A program made the translations under genes and the position numbers. A DNA stretch of 64,000 nt from the human T2T-CHM13v2.0 reference genome, Homo sapiens: assembly GCF_009914755.1 (NCBI RefSeq), contig NC_060927.1; one strand, written 5' to 3'. The stretch's first letter is position 1. Each line of letters starts with the position of its first letter. Under the pieces are notes generated by a model that saw nothing but the letters and a program-made list of their open reading frames with translations, was not told the origin of the DNA and searched no databases. Shown here piece after piece: positions 48,701 to 63,500 of this stretch.

Positions 48701-49554
48701 TATTAGGTACATAAAATATGAAAGTACATCAAATATAGATTATATACTGTACATAAAATATCAAAGTACCCGAAATATATGTTATATACTCTACATGAAA
48801 TATCAAAGTTCACAAACTATATATTATATACTGTACATAAAATATCAAAGTACCCAAGGTATATATTCTATACTGTACAAAAAATATCAAAGTACCCAAA
48901 GCATGTATTATATACTGTATATAAAATATGAAAGTACATCAAATATATATTTTATTCTGTACATAAAATATCAAAGTACACCAGATATATATTCTATAGT
49001 GTACATAAAATAACAAAGTACAAAAACTATAAATTATATACTGTATATAAAATATGAAATAACATCAAATATATATTAGCTACATAAAATATGAAAGTAC
49101 ATCAAATATAGATTATATACTGTACATAAAATATCAATGTACCCCAAATATATATTTTATACTCTACATGAAATATCAAAGTTCACAAACCATATATTAT
49201 ATACTTTACATAAAATATCAAAGTACTCAAGGTATATATTCTATACTGTACAAAAAATATCAAAGTACCCAAAGCATGTATTATATACTGTACATAAAAT
49301 ATGAAAGTACATCAAATATATATTTTATTCTGTACATAAAATATCAAAGTACACCAGACATATATTCTATAGTGTACATAAAATATCAAAGTACCCAAAC
49401 TATACATTATATACTGTACATAAAATATGAAATTACATCAAATATATTTTATATTAGGTACATAAAATATGAAAGTACATCAAATATAGATTATACACTG
49501 TACATTAAATACCAAAGTACCCCAAATATATATTTTATACTGTACATGAAATAT
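27770..49554 (+). repeat. Near-identical tandem duplication of an 11144-bp block (second copy from ~38914, one HOR shorter)
   Basis: Ten ORF-start pairs from 27889/39033 to 34126/45270 are offset by 11144. Pairs from 35028/45799 to 38397/49168 are offset by 10771, which is 11144 minus 373. Confidence 0.9.
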
Positions 49555-52500
49555 AAAAGTTCACACACTATATATTATATACTGTACATAAAATATCAAA
49601 GTACAAAAGGTATATATTCTATACTGTACAAAAAATATCAAAGTACCCAAAGCATGTATTATAAAATGTACCTAAAATATGAAAGTACATCAAATATATA
49701 TTTTATTCTGTACATAAAATATCAAAGTACACCAGATATATATTCTATAGTGTACATAAAATATCAAAGTACCCAAACTATACATTATATACTGTACATA
49801 AAATATGAAATTACATCAAATGTATATTATATTAGGTACATAAAATATGAAAGTACATCAAATATAGATTATATACTGTACATAAAATATCAAAGTACCC
49901 CAAATATATATTATATACTCTACATGAAATATCAAAGATCACAAACTATATATTATATACTGTACATAAAATATCAAAGTACACAAGGTATATATTCTAT
50001 ACTGCACAAAAAATATCAAAGTACCCAAAGCATGTATTATACACTGTATATAAAATATGAAAGTACATCAAATATATATTTTATTTTGTACATAAAATAT
50101 CAAAGTACACCAGATATATATTCTATAGTGTACATAATATAACAAAGTACACAAACTATAAATTATATACTGTACATAAAATATGAAATTACATCAAATA
50201 TATATTAGGTACATAAAATATGAGAGTACATCAAATATAGATTATATACTGTACATATAATATCAATGTACCCCAAATATATATTTTATACTCTACATGA
50301 AATATCAAAGTTCACAAACCATACATTATATACTCTACATAAAATATCAAAGTACCCAAGGTATATATTCTATACTGTACAAAAAACATCAAAGTACGCA
50401 AAGCATGTATTATATACTGTACATAAAATATGAAAGTACATCAAATATATATTTTATTCTGTACATAAAATATCAAAGTACACCAGATATATATTCTATA
50501 GTGTACATAAAATATCAAAGTACCCAAACTATAAATTATATACTGTACATAAAATATGAAATTACATCAAATATATATTATATTAGGTACATAAAATATG
50601 AAAGTACATCAAGTATAGATTATATACTGTACATAAAATATCAAAGTACCCCAAATATATATTATATACTGTACATGAAATATCAAAGTTCACAAACTAT
50701 ATATTATATACTGTACATAAAATAACAAAGTACCCAAGGTATATATTCTATAATGTATAAAAAATATCAAAGTACCCAAAGCATGTATTATACACTGTAT
50801 ATAAAATATGAAAGTACATCAAATATATATTTCATTCTGTACATAAAATATCAAAGTACACCAGATATATATTCTATAGTGTACATAAAATAACAAAGTA
50901 CACAAACTATAAATTATATACTGTACATAAAATATGAAATTACATCAAATATATATTAGGTACATAAAATATGAAAGTACTTCAAATATAGATTATGTAC
51001 TGTACATATAATATCAATGTACCCCAAATATATATTTTATACTCTACGTGAAATATCAAAGTTCACAAACAATATATTATATACTGTACATAAAATATCA
51101 AAGTACCCAAGGAATATATTCGATACTGTAGAAAAAAAATCAAAGTACCCAAAGCATGTATTATATACTGTATATAAAATATGAAAGTACATCAAATATA
51201 TATTTTATTCTGTACATAAAATATCAAAGTACACCAGATATATATTCTATAGTGTACATAAAATATCAAAGTACCCAAACTATACATTATATACTGTACA
51301 TAAAATATGAAATTACATCAAATATATATTAGGTACATAAAATATGAAAGTACATCAAATATAGATTATATACTGTACATTAAATACCAAAGTACCCCAA
51401 ACATATATTTTATACTGTAAATGAAATATCAAAGTTCACAAACTATATATTATATACTGTACATAAAATATCAAAGTACCCAAGGTATATATTCTATACT
51501 GTACAAAAAATATCAAAGTACCCAAAGCATGTATTATATACTGTACATAAAATATGAAATTACATCAAATATATATTTTATTCTGTACATAAAATATCAA
51601 AGTACACCAGATATATATTCTATAGTGTACATAAAATAACAAAGTACACAAACTATAAATTATATACTGTACATAAAATATGAAATTACATCAAATATAT
51701 ATTAGGTACATAAAATATGAACGTACATCAAATATAGATTATATACTCTACTTAAAATATCAATGTACCCCAAATATATATTTTATACTCTACATGAAAT
51801 ATCAAAGTTCACAAACCATATATTATATACTGTACATAAAACATCAAATTACTCAAGGTATATATTCTATACTGTACAAAAAATATCAAAGTACTGAAAG
51901 CATGTATTATATACTGTACATAAAATATGAATGTACATCAATTATATATTTTATTCTGTACATAAAATATCAAAGTACACCAGATATATATTCTATAGTG
52001 TACATAAAATATCAAAGTACCCAAACTATACATTATATACTGTACATAAAATATGAAATTACATCAAATATATATTATAATAGGTACATAAAATATGAAA
52101 GTACATCAAATATACATTATATACTGTACATTAAATACCAAAGGACCCCAAATATATATTTTATACTGTACATGAAATATCAAAGTTCACAAACTATATA
52201 TTATATACTTTACATAAAATATCAAAGTACCCAAGTTATATATTTTATACAGTACAAAAAATATCAAAGTACCAAAAGCATGTATTATATACTGTACATA
52301 AAATATGAAAGTACATCAAATATATATTTTATTATGTACATAAAATATCAAAGTACACCAGATATATATTCTATAGTGTGCATAAAATATCAAAGTACCC
52401 AAACTATACGTTATATACTGTACATAAAATATGAAATTACATCAAATATATATTATATTAGATACATAAAATATGAAAGTACATCAAATATAGATTATAT

Positions 52501-52799
52501 ACTGTACATTAAATATCAAAGTACCCCAAATATATATTATACAGTGTACATGAAATATCAAAGTTCACAAACCATATATTATATACTGTACACAAAATAT
52601 CAAAGTACCCAAGGTATATATTCTATACTGTACAAAAAATATCAAAGTACCCAAAGCATGTATTATATAATGTACATAAAATATGAAATTACATCAAATA
52701 TATATTTTATTCTGTACATAAAATATCAAAGAACACCAGATATATATTCTATAGTGTACATAAAATATCAAAGTACTCAAACTATACATTATATACTGT

Positions 52800-52962
52800 A
52801 CATAAAATATGAAATTACATCAAATATATATTAGGTACATAAAATATGAAAGTACATCAAATATATATTTTATTCTGTACATAAAATATCAAAGTACACC
52901 AGATATATATTCTATAGTGTACATAAAATAACAAAGTACACAAACTATAAATTATATACTGT
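52800..52962 (+). repeat. Truncated 4-monomer HOR (163 bp: short M1, M7, M8, M9)
   Basis: M1 marks at 52809 and 52972; ttaggtac is followed by the M7 signature ttttattctg. Confidence 0.85.
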
Positions 52963-53335
52963 ACATAAAATATGAAATTACATCAAATATATATTAGGTA
53001 CATAAAATATGAAAGTACATCAAATATAGATTATATACTGTACATAAAATATCAATGTACCCCAAATATATATTTTATACTCTACATGAAATATCAAAGT
53101 TCACAAACCATATATTGTATACTGCACATAAAATATCAAAATACCCAAGGTATATATTCTATACTGTACAAAAAATATCAAAGTACCCAAAGCAGGTATT
53201 ATATACTGTACATAAAATATGAAAGTACATCAAATATATATTTTATTCTGTACATAAAATATCAAAGTACACCAGATATATATTCTATAGCATACATAAA
53301 ATATCAAAGTACACAAACTATACATTATATACTGT

Positions 53336-53587
53336 ACATAAAATATGAAATTACATCAAATATATATTATATTAGGTACATAAAATATGAAAGTACATCA
53401 AATATAGATTATATACTGTACATTAAATACCAAAGTACCCCAAATATATATTTTATACTGAACATGAAATTTCAAAGTTCACAAACTATATATTATATAC
53501 TGTACATAAAATATCAAAGTACACCAGATATATATTCTATAATGTACATAAAATATCAAAGTACCCAAACTATACATTATATACTGT
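53336..53587 (+). repeat. Truncated 6-monomer HOR (252 bp: M1-M4, M8, M9)
   Basis: M4 is followed directly by acaccagat (M8); marks at 53345 and 53597. Confidence 0.85.
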
Positions 53588-53965
53588 ACATAAAATATGA
53601 AATTACATCAAATATATTTTATATTAGGTACATAAACTATGAAAGTACATCAAATATAGATTATATACTGTACATTAAATACCAAAGTACCCCAAATATA
53701 TATTTTATACTGTACATGAAATATCAAAGTTCACAAACTATATATTATATACTGTATATATAATATCAAAGTACCCAAGGTATATATTCTATACTGTACA
53801 AAAAATAACGAAGTACCAAAAGCATGTATTATATACTGTACCTAAAATATGAAAGTACATCAAATATATATTTTATTCTGTACATAAAATATCAAAGTAC
53901 ACCAGATATATATTCTATAGTGTACATAAAATATCAAAGTCCCCAAACTATACATTATATACTGT

Positions 53966-54212
53966 ACATAAAATATGAAATTACATCAAATATATATTAG
54001 GTACATAAAATATGAAAGTACATCAAATATAGATTATATACTGTACATAAAATATCAAAGTACCCTAAATATATATTATATACTGTACATGAAATATCAA
54101 AGTTCACAAACTATATATTATATACTGTACATAAAATATCAAAGTACCCAAGGTGTATATTCTATACTGTACAAAAAATATCAAAGTACCCAAAGCATGT
54201 ATTATATACTGT
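53966..54212 (+). repeat. Truncated 6-monomer HOR (247 bp) followed by an M7/M1 hybrid monomer
   Basis: After M6 the sequence reads gaaagtacatcaaatatatattgggttcataaaa; marks at 53975 and 54222. Confidence 0.8.
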
Positions 54213-55331
54213 ATATAAAATATGAAAGTACATCAAATATATATTGGGTTCATAAAATATGAAAGTACATCAAATATAGATTATATACTGTACATAAAAT
54301 ATCAAAGTACCCCAAATATATATTATATACTCTACATGAAATATCAAAGTTCACAAACTATATATTATATACAGTACATAAAATATAAAAGTAACCAAGG
54401 TATATATTCTATACTGTACAAAAAATATCAAAGTACCCAAAGCATGTATTATACACTGTACATAAAATATGAAAGTACATCAAATATATATTTTATTCTG
54501 TACATAAAATATCAAAGTACACCAGATAGATATTCTATAGTGTACATAAAATAACAAAGTACACAAACTATATATTATATACTGTACATAAAATATGAAA
54601 TTACATCAAATATATATTAGGTACATAAAATATGAAAGTACATCAAATATAGATTATATACTGTACATAAAATATCAAAGTACCCCAAATATATATTATA
54701 TACTCTACATGAAATAAGAAAGTTCACAAACTATATATTATATACTGTACATAAAAAATCAAAGTACCCAAGGTATATATTCTATACTGTACAAAAAATA
54801 TCAAAGTACCCAAAGCATGTATTATATACTGTATATAAAATATGAAAGTACATCAAATATATATTTTATTCTGCACATAAAATATCAAAATACACCAGAT
54901 ATATATTCTATAGTGTACATAAAATTACAAAGTACACAAACTATAAATTATATACTGTACATAAAATATGAAATTACATCAAATATCTATTAGGTACATA
55001 AAATATTAACGTACATCAAATATAGATTATATACTGTACATAAAATATCAATGTACCCCAAATATATATTTTATACTCTACATGAAATATCAAAGTTCAC
55101 AAACCATATATTATATACTGTAAATAAAATATCAAAGTACTCAAGGTATATATTCTATACTGTACAAAAAATATCAAAGTACCCAAAGCATGTATTATAT
55201 ACTGTACATAAAATATGAAAGTACATCAAATATATATTTTATTCTGTACATAAAATATCAAAGTACACCAGATATATATTCTATAGTGTACATAAAATAT
55301 CAAAGTACCCAAACTATACATTATATACTGT

Positions 55332-55709
55332 ACATAAAATATGAAATTACATCAAATATATATTATATTAGGTACATAAAATATGAAAGTACATCAAATA
55401 TAGATTATATACTGTACATTAAATACCAAAGTACCCCAAATATATATTTTATACTGTACATGAGATATCAAAGTTCACAAACTATATATTATATACTGTA
55501 CATAAAATACCAAAGTACCCAAGGTATATATTCTATACTGTACAAAAAATATCAAAGTACCCAAAGCATGTATTATATACTGTACATAAAATATGAAAGT
55601 ACATCAAATATATATTTTATTCTGTACATAAAATATCAAAGTACACCAGATATATATTCTATAGTGTACATAAAATATCAAAGTACCCAAACTATACATT
55701 ATATACTGT
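55332..55709 (+). repeat. Representative full-length 378-bp HOR (9 x 42 bp)
   Basis: Monomer signatures in order: M1 gaaattacatc..tattatattaggt; M2 gaaagtacatc..tagatt; M3 gtacccc; M4 acatga..gttcacaaac; M5 cccaaggtat; M6 acaaaaaa..cccaaagcatg; M7 gaaagtacatc..ttttattct; M8 acaccagat..atagtgt; M9 cccaaactatac. The M1 ATG marks at 55341 and 55719 are 378 apart. Confidence 0.95.
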
Positions 55710-57211
55710 ACATAAAATATGAAATTACATCAAATATATATTATATTAGGTACATAAAATATGAAAGTACATCAAATAGAGATTATATACTGTACATAAA
55801 ATATCAAAGTACCCCAAATATATATTATATACTCTACATGAAATATCAAAGTTCACAAACTATATATTATATACTGTACATAAAATATCAAAGTACACAA
55901 GGTATATATTCTATACTGTACAAAAAATATCAAAGTACCCAAAGCATGTATTATATACTGTATATAAAATATGAAAGTACATCAAATATATATTTTATTC
56001 TGTACATAAAATATCAAAGTACACCAGATATATATTCTATAGAGTACATAAAATAACAAAGTACACAAACAACAAATTATATACTGTACATAAAATATGA
56101 AATTACATCAAATATATATTAGGTACATAAAATATGAAAGTACATCAAATATAGATTATATACTGTACCTAAAATATCAATGTACCCCAAATATATATTT
56201 TATACTCTACATGAAATATCAAAGTTCACAAACCATATATGATATACTGTACTTAAAATATCAAAGTACCCAAGGTATATATTCTATACTGTACAAAAAA
56301 TATGAAAGTACCCAAAGCATGTATAATATACTGTACATAAAATATGAAAGTACATCAAATACATATTTTATTCTGTACATAAAATATCAAAGTACACCAG
56401 ATATATATTCTATAGTGTACATAAAATAACAAAGTACACAAACTATAAATTTTATACTGTACAGAAAATATGAAATTACATCAAATATATATTAGGTACA
56501 TAAAATATGAAAGTACATCAAATATAGATTATATACTGTACATAAAATATCAAAGTACCCCAAATATATATTTTATACTCTACATGAAATATCAAAGTTC
56601 ACAAACTACATATTATATACTGTCCATAAAATATCAAATTACCCAAGGTATATATTCTATACTGTACAAAAAATATCAAAGTACCCAAAGCATGTATTAT
56701 ATACTAAACATAAAATATGAAAGTACATCAAATGTATATTTTATTCTGTACATAAAATATGAAAGTACACCAGATATATATTCTATAGTGTACATAAAAT
56801 ATCAAAGTACCCAAACTATACATTATATACTGTACATAAAATATGAAATTACATCAAATATATATTATATTAGGTACATAAAATATGAAAGTACATCAAA
56901 TATAAATTATATACTGTACATTAAATACCAAAGTACCCCAGATATATATTTTATACTGTACATGAAATATCAAAGTTCACAAAGTATATATTATATACTG
57001 TACATAAAATAACAAAGTATCCAAGGTATATATTCTATACTGTACAAAAAATATCGAAGTACCCAAAGCATGTATTATATACTGTACATAAAATATGAAA
57101 GTACATCAAATATATATTTTATTCTGTACATAAAATATCAAAGTACACCAGATATATATTCTATAGTGTACATAAAATATCAATGTACCCAAACTATACA
57201 ATACATACTGT

Positions 57212-57504
57212 ACATAAAATATGAAATTACATCAAATATATATTATATTAGGTACATAAATATGAAAGTACATCAAATATAGATTATATACTGTACATAA
57301 AATATCAAAGTACCCAAGGTATATATTCTATACTGTACAAAAAATATCAAAGTACCCAAAGCATGTATGATATACTGTATATAAAATATGAAAGTACATC
57401 AAATATGTATTTTATTCTGTACATAAAATATCAAAGTACACCAGATATATATTCTATACTGTACATAAAATAACAAAGTACAAAAACTATAAATTATATA
57501 CTGT
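57212..57504 (+). repeat. Truncated 7-monomer HOR (293 bp, M3-M4 missing, 1-bp deletion); second copy at 60499-60791
   Basis: M2 is followed directly by cccaaggtat (M5). Marks 57221/57514 and 60508/60801 are each 293 apart. Confidence 0.85.
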
Positions 57505-60500
57505 ACATAAAATATGAAATAACATCAAATATATATTAGGTACATAAAATATGAACGTACATCAAATATAGATTATATACTGTACATAAAATATCAATGT
57601 ACCCCAAATATATATTTTATACTCTACATGAAATATCAAAGTTCACAAAGCATATATTATATACTGTAAATAAAATATCAAAGTACTCAAGGTATATATT
57701 CTATACTGTACAAAAAATATCAAAGTACCCAAAGCATGTATTATATACTGTACATAAAATATGAAAGTACATCAAATATATATTGTATTCTGTACATAAA
57801 ATATCAAAGTACACCAGATATATATTCTATAGTGTACATAAAATATCATAGTACCCAAACTATGCATTATATACTGTACATAAAATATGAAATTACATCA
57901 AATATATATTATATTAGGTACATAAAATATGAAAGTACATCAAATATAGATTATATATTGTACATTAAATACCAAAGTACCCCAAAAATATATTTTATAC
58001 TGTACATGAAATATCAAAGTTCACAAACTATATATTATATACTGTACATAAAATACCAAAGTACCCAAGGTATATATTCTATACTGTACAAAAAATATCA
58101 AAGTACCCAAAGCATGTATTATATACTGTACATAAAATATAAAAGTACATCAAATATATATTTTATTCTGTACATAAAATATCAAAGTACTCCAGATATA
58201 TATTCTATAGTGTACATAAAATATCAAAGTACCCAAACTATACATTATATACTGTACATAAAATATGAAATTACATCAAATATATATTATATTAGGTACA
58301 TAAAATATGAAAGTACATCAAATAGAGATTATATACTGTACATAAAATATCAAAGTACCCCAAATATATATTATATACTCTACATGAAATATCAAAGTTC
58401 ACAAACTATATATTATATACTGTACATAAAATATCAAAGTACACAAGGTATATATTCTCTACTGTACAAAAAATATCAAAGTACTCAAAGCATGTATTAT
58501 ATACTGTATATAAAATATGAAAGTACATTAAATATATATTTTATTCTGAACATAAAATATCAAAGTACACCAGATATATATTCTATAGTGTACATAAAAT
58601 AACAAAGTACACAAACTATAAATTATATACTGTACATAAAATATGAAATTACATCAAATATATATTAGGTACATAAAATATGAAAGTACATCAAATATAG
58701 ATTATATACTGTACATATAATATCAATGTACCACAAATACATATTTTATACTCTACATGAAATATCAATGTTCACAATCCATACATTATATACTGTACAT
58801 AAAATATCAAAGTACCCAAGTTATATATTCTGTACTGTACAAAAAATATCAAAGTACCCAAAGCATGTATTATATACTGTACATAAAATATGAAAGTACA
58901 TCAAATATATATTTTATTCTGTACATAAAATATCAAAGTACACCAGATATATATTCTATAGTGTACATAAAATATCAAAGTACCCAAACTATACATTATA
59001 TACTGTATATATAATATGAAATTACATCAAATATATATTAGGTACATAAAATATGAAAGTACATCAAATATAGATTATATACTGTACATAAAATATCAAA
59101 GTACCCTAAATATATATTATATACTGTACATGAAATATCAAAGTTCACAAACTATATATTATATACTGTCCATAAAATATCAAAGTACCCAAGGTATATA
59201 TTCTATACTGTACAAAAAATATCAAAGTACCCAAAGCATGTATTATATACTGTATATAAAATATGAAAGTACATCAAATATATATTTTATTCTGTACATA
59301 AAATATCAAAGTACACCAGATATATATTCTATAGAGTACATAAAATAACAAAGTACACAAACAATAAATTATATACTGTACATAAAATATGAAATTACAT
59401 CAAATATATATTAGGTACATAAAATATGAAAGTACATCAAATATAGATTATATACTGTACCTAAAATATCAATGTACCCCAAATATATATTTTATACTCT
59501 ACATGAAATATCAAAGTTCACAAACCATATATGATATACTGTACTTAAAATATCAAAGTACCCAAGGTATATATTCTATACTGTACAAAAAATATGAAAG
59601 TACCCAAAGCATGTATGATATACTGTACATAAAATATGAAAGTACATCAAATATATATTTTATTCTGTACATAAAATATCAAAGTACACCAGATATATAT
59701 TCTATAGTGTACATAAAATAACAAAGTACACAAACTATAAATTTTATACTGTACAGAAAATATGAAATTACATCAAATATATATTAGGTACATAAAATAT
59801 GAAAGTACATCAAATATAGATTATATACTGTACATAAAATATCAAAGTACCCCAAATATATATTTTATACTCTACATGAAATATCAAAGTTCACAAACCA
59901 TATATTATATACTGTACATAAAATATCAAAGTACCCAAGGTATATATTCTATACTGTACAAAAAATATCAAAGTACCCAAAGCATGTATTATATACTGTA
60001 CATAAAATATGAAAGTACATCAAATATATATTTTATTCTGTACATAAAATATCAAAGTACACCAGATATATATTCTATAGTGTACATAAAATAACAAAGT
60101 ACACAAACTATAAATTATATCCTGTACATAAAATATGAAATTACATCAAATATATATTAGGTACATAAAATATGAAAGTACATCAAATATAGATGATATA
60201 CTGTACATAAAATATCAAAGTACCCCAAATATATATTTTATACTCTACATGAAATATCAAAGTTCACAAACTACATATTATATACTGTCCATAAAATATC
60301 AAATTACCCAAGGTATATATTCTATACTGTACAAAAAATATCAAAGTACCCAAAGCATGTATTATATACTGTACATAAAATATGAAAGTACATCAAATAT
60401 ATATTTTATTCTGTACATAAAATATCAAAGTACACCAGATATATATTCTATAGTGTACATAAAATATCAATGTACCCAAACTATACATTACATACTGTAC

Positions 60501-63500
60501 ATAAAATATGAAATTACATCAAATATATATTATATTAGGTATATAAATATGAAAGTACATCAAATATAGATTATATACTGTACATAAAATATCAAAGTAC
60601 CCAAGGTATATATTCTATACTGTACAAAAAATATCAAAGTACCCAAAGCATGTACTATATACTGTATATAAAATATGAAAGTACATCAAATATGTATTTT
60701 ATTCTGTACATAAAATATCAAAGTACACCAGATATATATTCTATACTGTACATAAAATAACAAAGTACAAAAACTATAAATTATATACTGTACATAAAAT
60801 ATGAAATAACATCAAATATATATTAGGTACATAAAATATGAATGTACATCAAATATAGATTATATACTGTACATAAAATATCAATGTACCCCAAATATAT
60901 ATTTTATACTCTACATGAAATATCAAAGTTCACAAACCATATATTATATACTGTACATAAAATATCAAAGTACTCAAGGTATATATTCTATACTGTACAA
61001 AAAATATCAAAGTACCCAAAGCATGTATTATATACTGTACATAAAATATGAAAGTACATCAAATATATATTTTATTCTGTACATAAAATATCAAATACAC
61101 CAGATATATATTCTATAGTGTACATAAAATATCAAAGTACCCAAACTATACATTATATACTGTACATAAAATATGAAATTACATCAAATATATTTTATAT
61201 TAAGTACATAAACTATGAAAGTACATCATATATAGATTATATACTGTACATTAAATACCAAAGTACCCCAAATATATATTTTATACTGTACATGAAATAT
61301 CAAAGTTCACAAACCATATATTATATACTGTACATAAAATATGAAAGTACCCAAGGTATATATTCTATACTGTACAAAAAATATCAAAGTACCCAAAGCA
61401 TGTATTATATACTGTACATGAAATATGAAAGTACATCAAATATATATTTTATTCTGTACATAAAATATCAAAATACACAAGATATATATTCTATAGTGTA
61501 CATAAAATATCAAATTACCCAAACTATACTTTATATACTGTACATAAAATGTAAAATTACATCAAATATATATTATATTAGGTACATAAAATATGAAAGT
61601 ACATCAAATATAGATTATATACTGTACATTAAATACCAAAGTACCCCAAATATATATTTTATACTGTACATGAAATATCAAAGTTCACAAACCATATATT
61701 ATATACTGTACATAAAATATCAAAGTACCCAAGGTATTTATTCCTTACTGTACAAAAAATATCAAAGTACCCAAAGCATGTATTATATACTGTATATAAA
61801 ATATGAAAGTACATCAAATATATATTTTATTCTGTACATAAAATATCAAAGTACACCAGATATATATTCTATAGTGTACATAAAATACCAATGTACCTAA
61901 ACTATACATTATATACTGTACATAAAATATGAAATTACATCAAATATATATTATATTAGGTACATAAAATATGAAAGTACATCAAATATAGATTATATAC
62001 TGTACATAAAATATCAAAGTACCCCAAATATATATTTTACACCGTACATGAAATACCAAATTTCACAAACTATATATTATATACTGTACATAAAATATCA
62101 AAGTACCCAAGGTATATATTCTATACTGTACAAAAAATATCAAAGTACCAAAAGCATGTATTATATACTGTACATAAAATATGAAAGTACATCAAATATA
62201 TATTTTATTCTGTACATAAAATATCAAAGTACACCAGACATATATTCTATAGTGTACATAAAATATCAAAGTACCCAAACTATACATTATATACTGTACA
62301 TAAAATATGAAATTACATCAAATATATATTAGGTACATAAAATATGAAAGTACATAAAATATAGAGTATATACTGTACATAAAATATCAAAGTACCCGAA
62401 ATATATATTATATACTCTACATGAAATATCAAATTTCACAAACTATATATTATATACTGTACATAAAATATCAAAGTACCCAAGGTATATATTCTATACT
62501 GTAAAAAAAATATCAGAGTACCCAAAGCATGTATTATATACTGTATATAAAATATGAAAGTACATTAAAGATATATTTTATTCTGGACATAAAATATCAA
62601 AGTACACCTGATATATATTCTATAGTGTACATAAAATAACAATGTACACAAACTATAAATTATATACTGTACATAAAATATGAAATTACATCAAATATAT
62701 ATTAGGTACATAAAATATGAAAGTACATCAAATATAGATTATATACTGTACATGTAATATCAATGTACCCCAAATATATATTTTATACTCTACATGAAAT
62801 ATCAAAGTTCACAAACCATACATTATATACTGTACATAAAATATCAAAGTACCCAAGGTATATATTCTATACTGTACAAATAATATCAAAGTACCCAAAG
62901 CATGTATTATATACTGTACATAAAATATGAAAGTACATCAAATATATATTTTATTCAGTACATAAAATATCAAAGTACACCAGATATATATTCTATAGTG
63001 TACATAAAATATCAAAGTACCCAAACTATACATTATATACTGTACATAAAATATGAAATTACATCAAATATATATTAGGTACATAAAATATGAAAGTACA
63101 TCAAATATAGATTATATACTGTACATAAAATATCAAAGTACCCCAAATATATATTATATACTCTACATGAAATATCAAAGTTCACAAACTATATATTATA
63201 TACTGTACATAAAATATCAAAGTACCCAAGGTATATATTCTATACTGTACAAAAAATATCAAAGTACCCAAAGGATGTATTATATACTGTACATAAAATA
63301 TGAAAGTACATCAAATATATATTTTATTCTGCACATAAAATATCAAAGTACACCAGATATATATTCTATAGTGTACATAAAATAACAAAGTACACAAACT
63401 ATACATTATATACTGTACATAAAATATGAAATTACATCAAATATATATTAGGTACATAAAATATGAAAGTACATCAAATATAGATTATATACTGAACATA

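Noticed and set aside
54241-54255. Unique ttgggttc motif as an insertion scar or telomere-like seed
   Set aside because: It is explained by two substitutions in ttaggtac with no length change.
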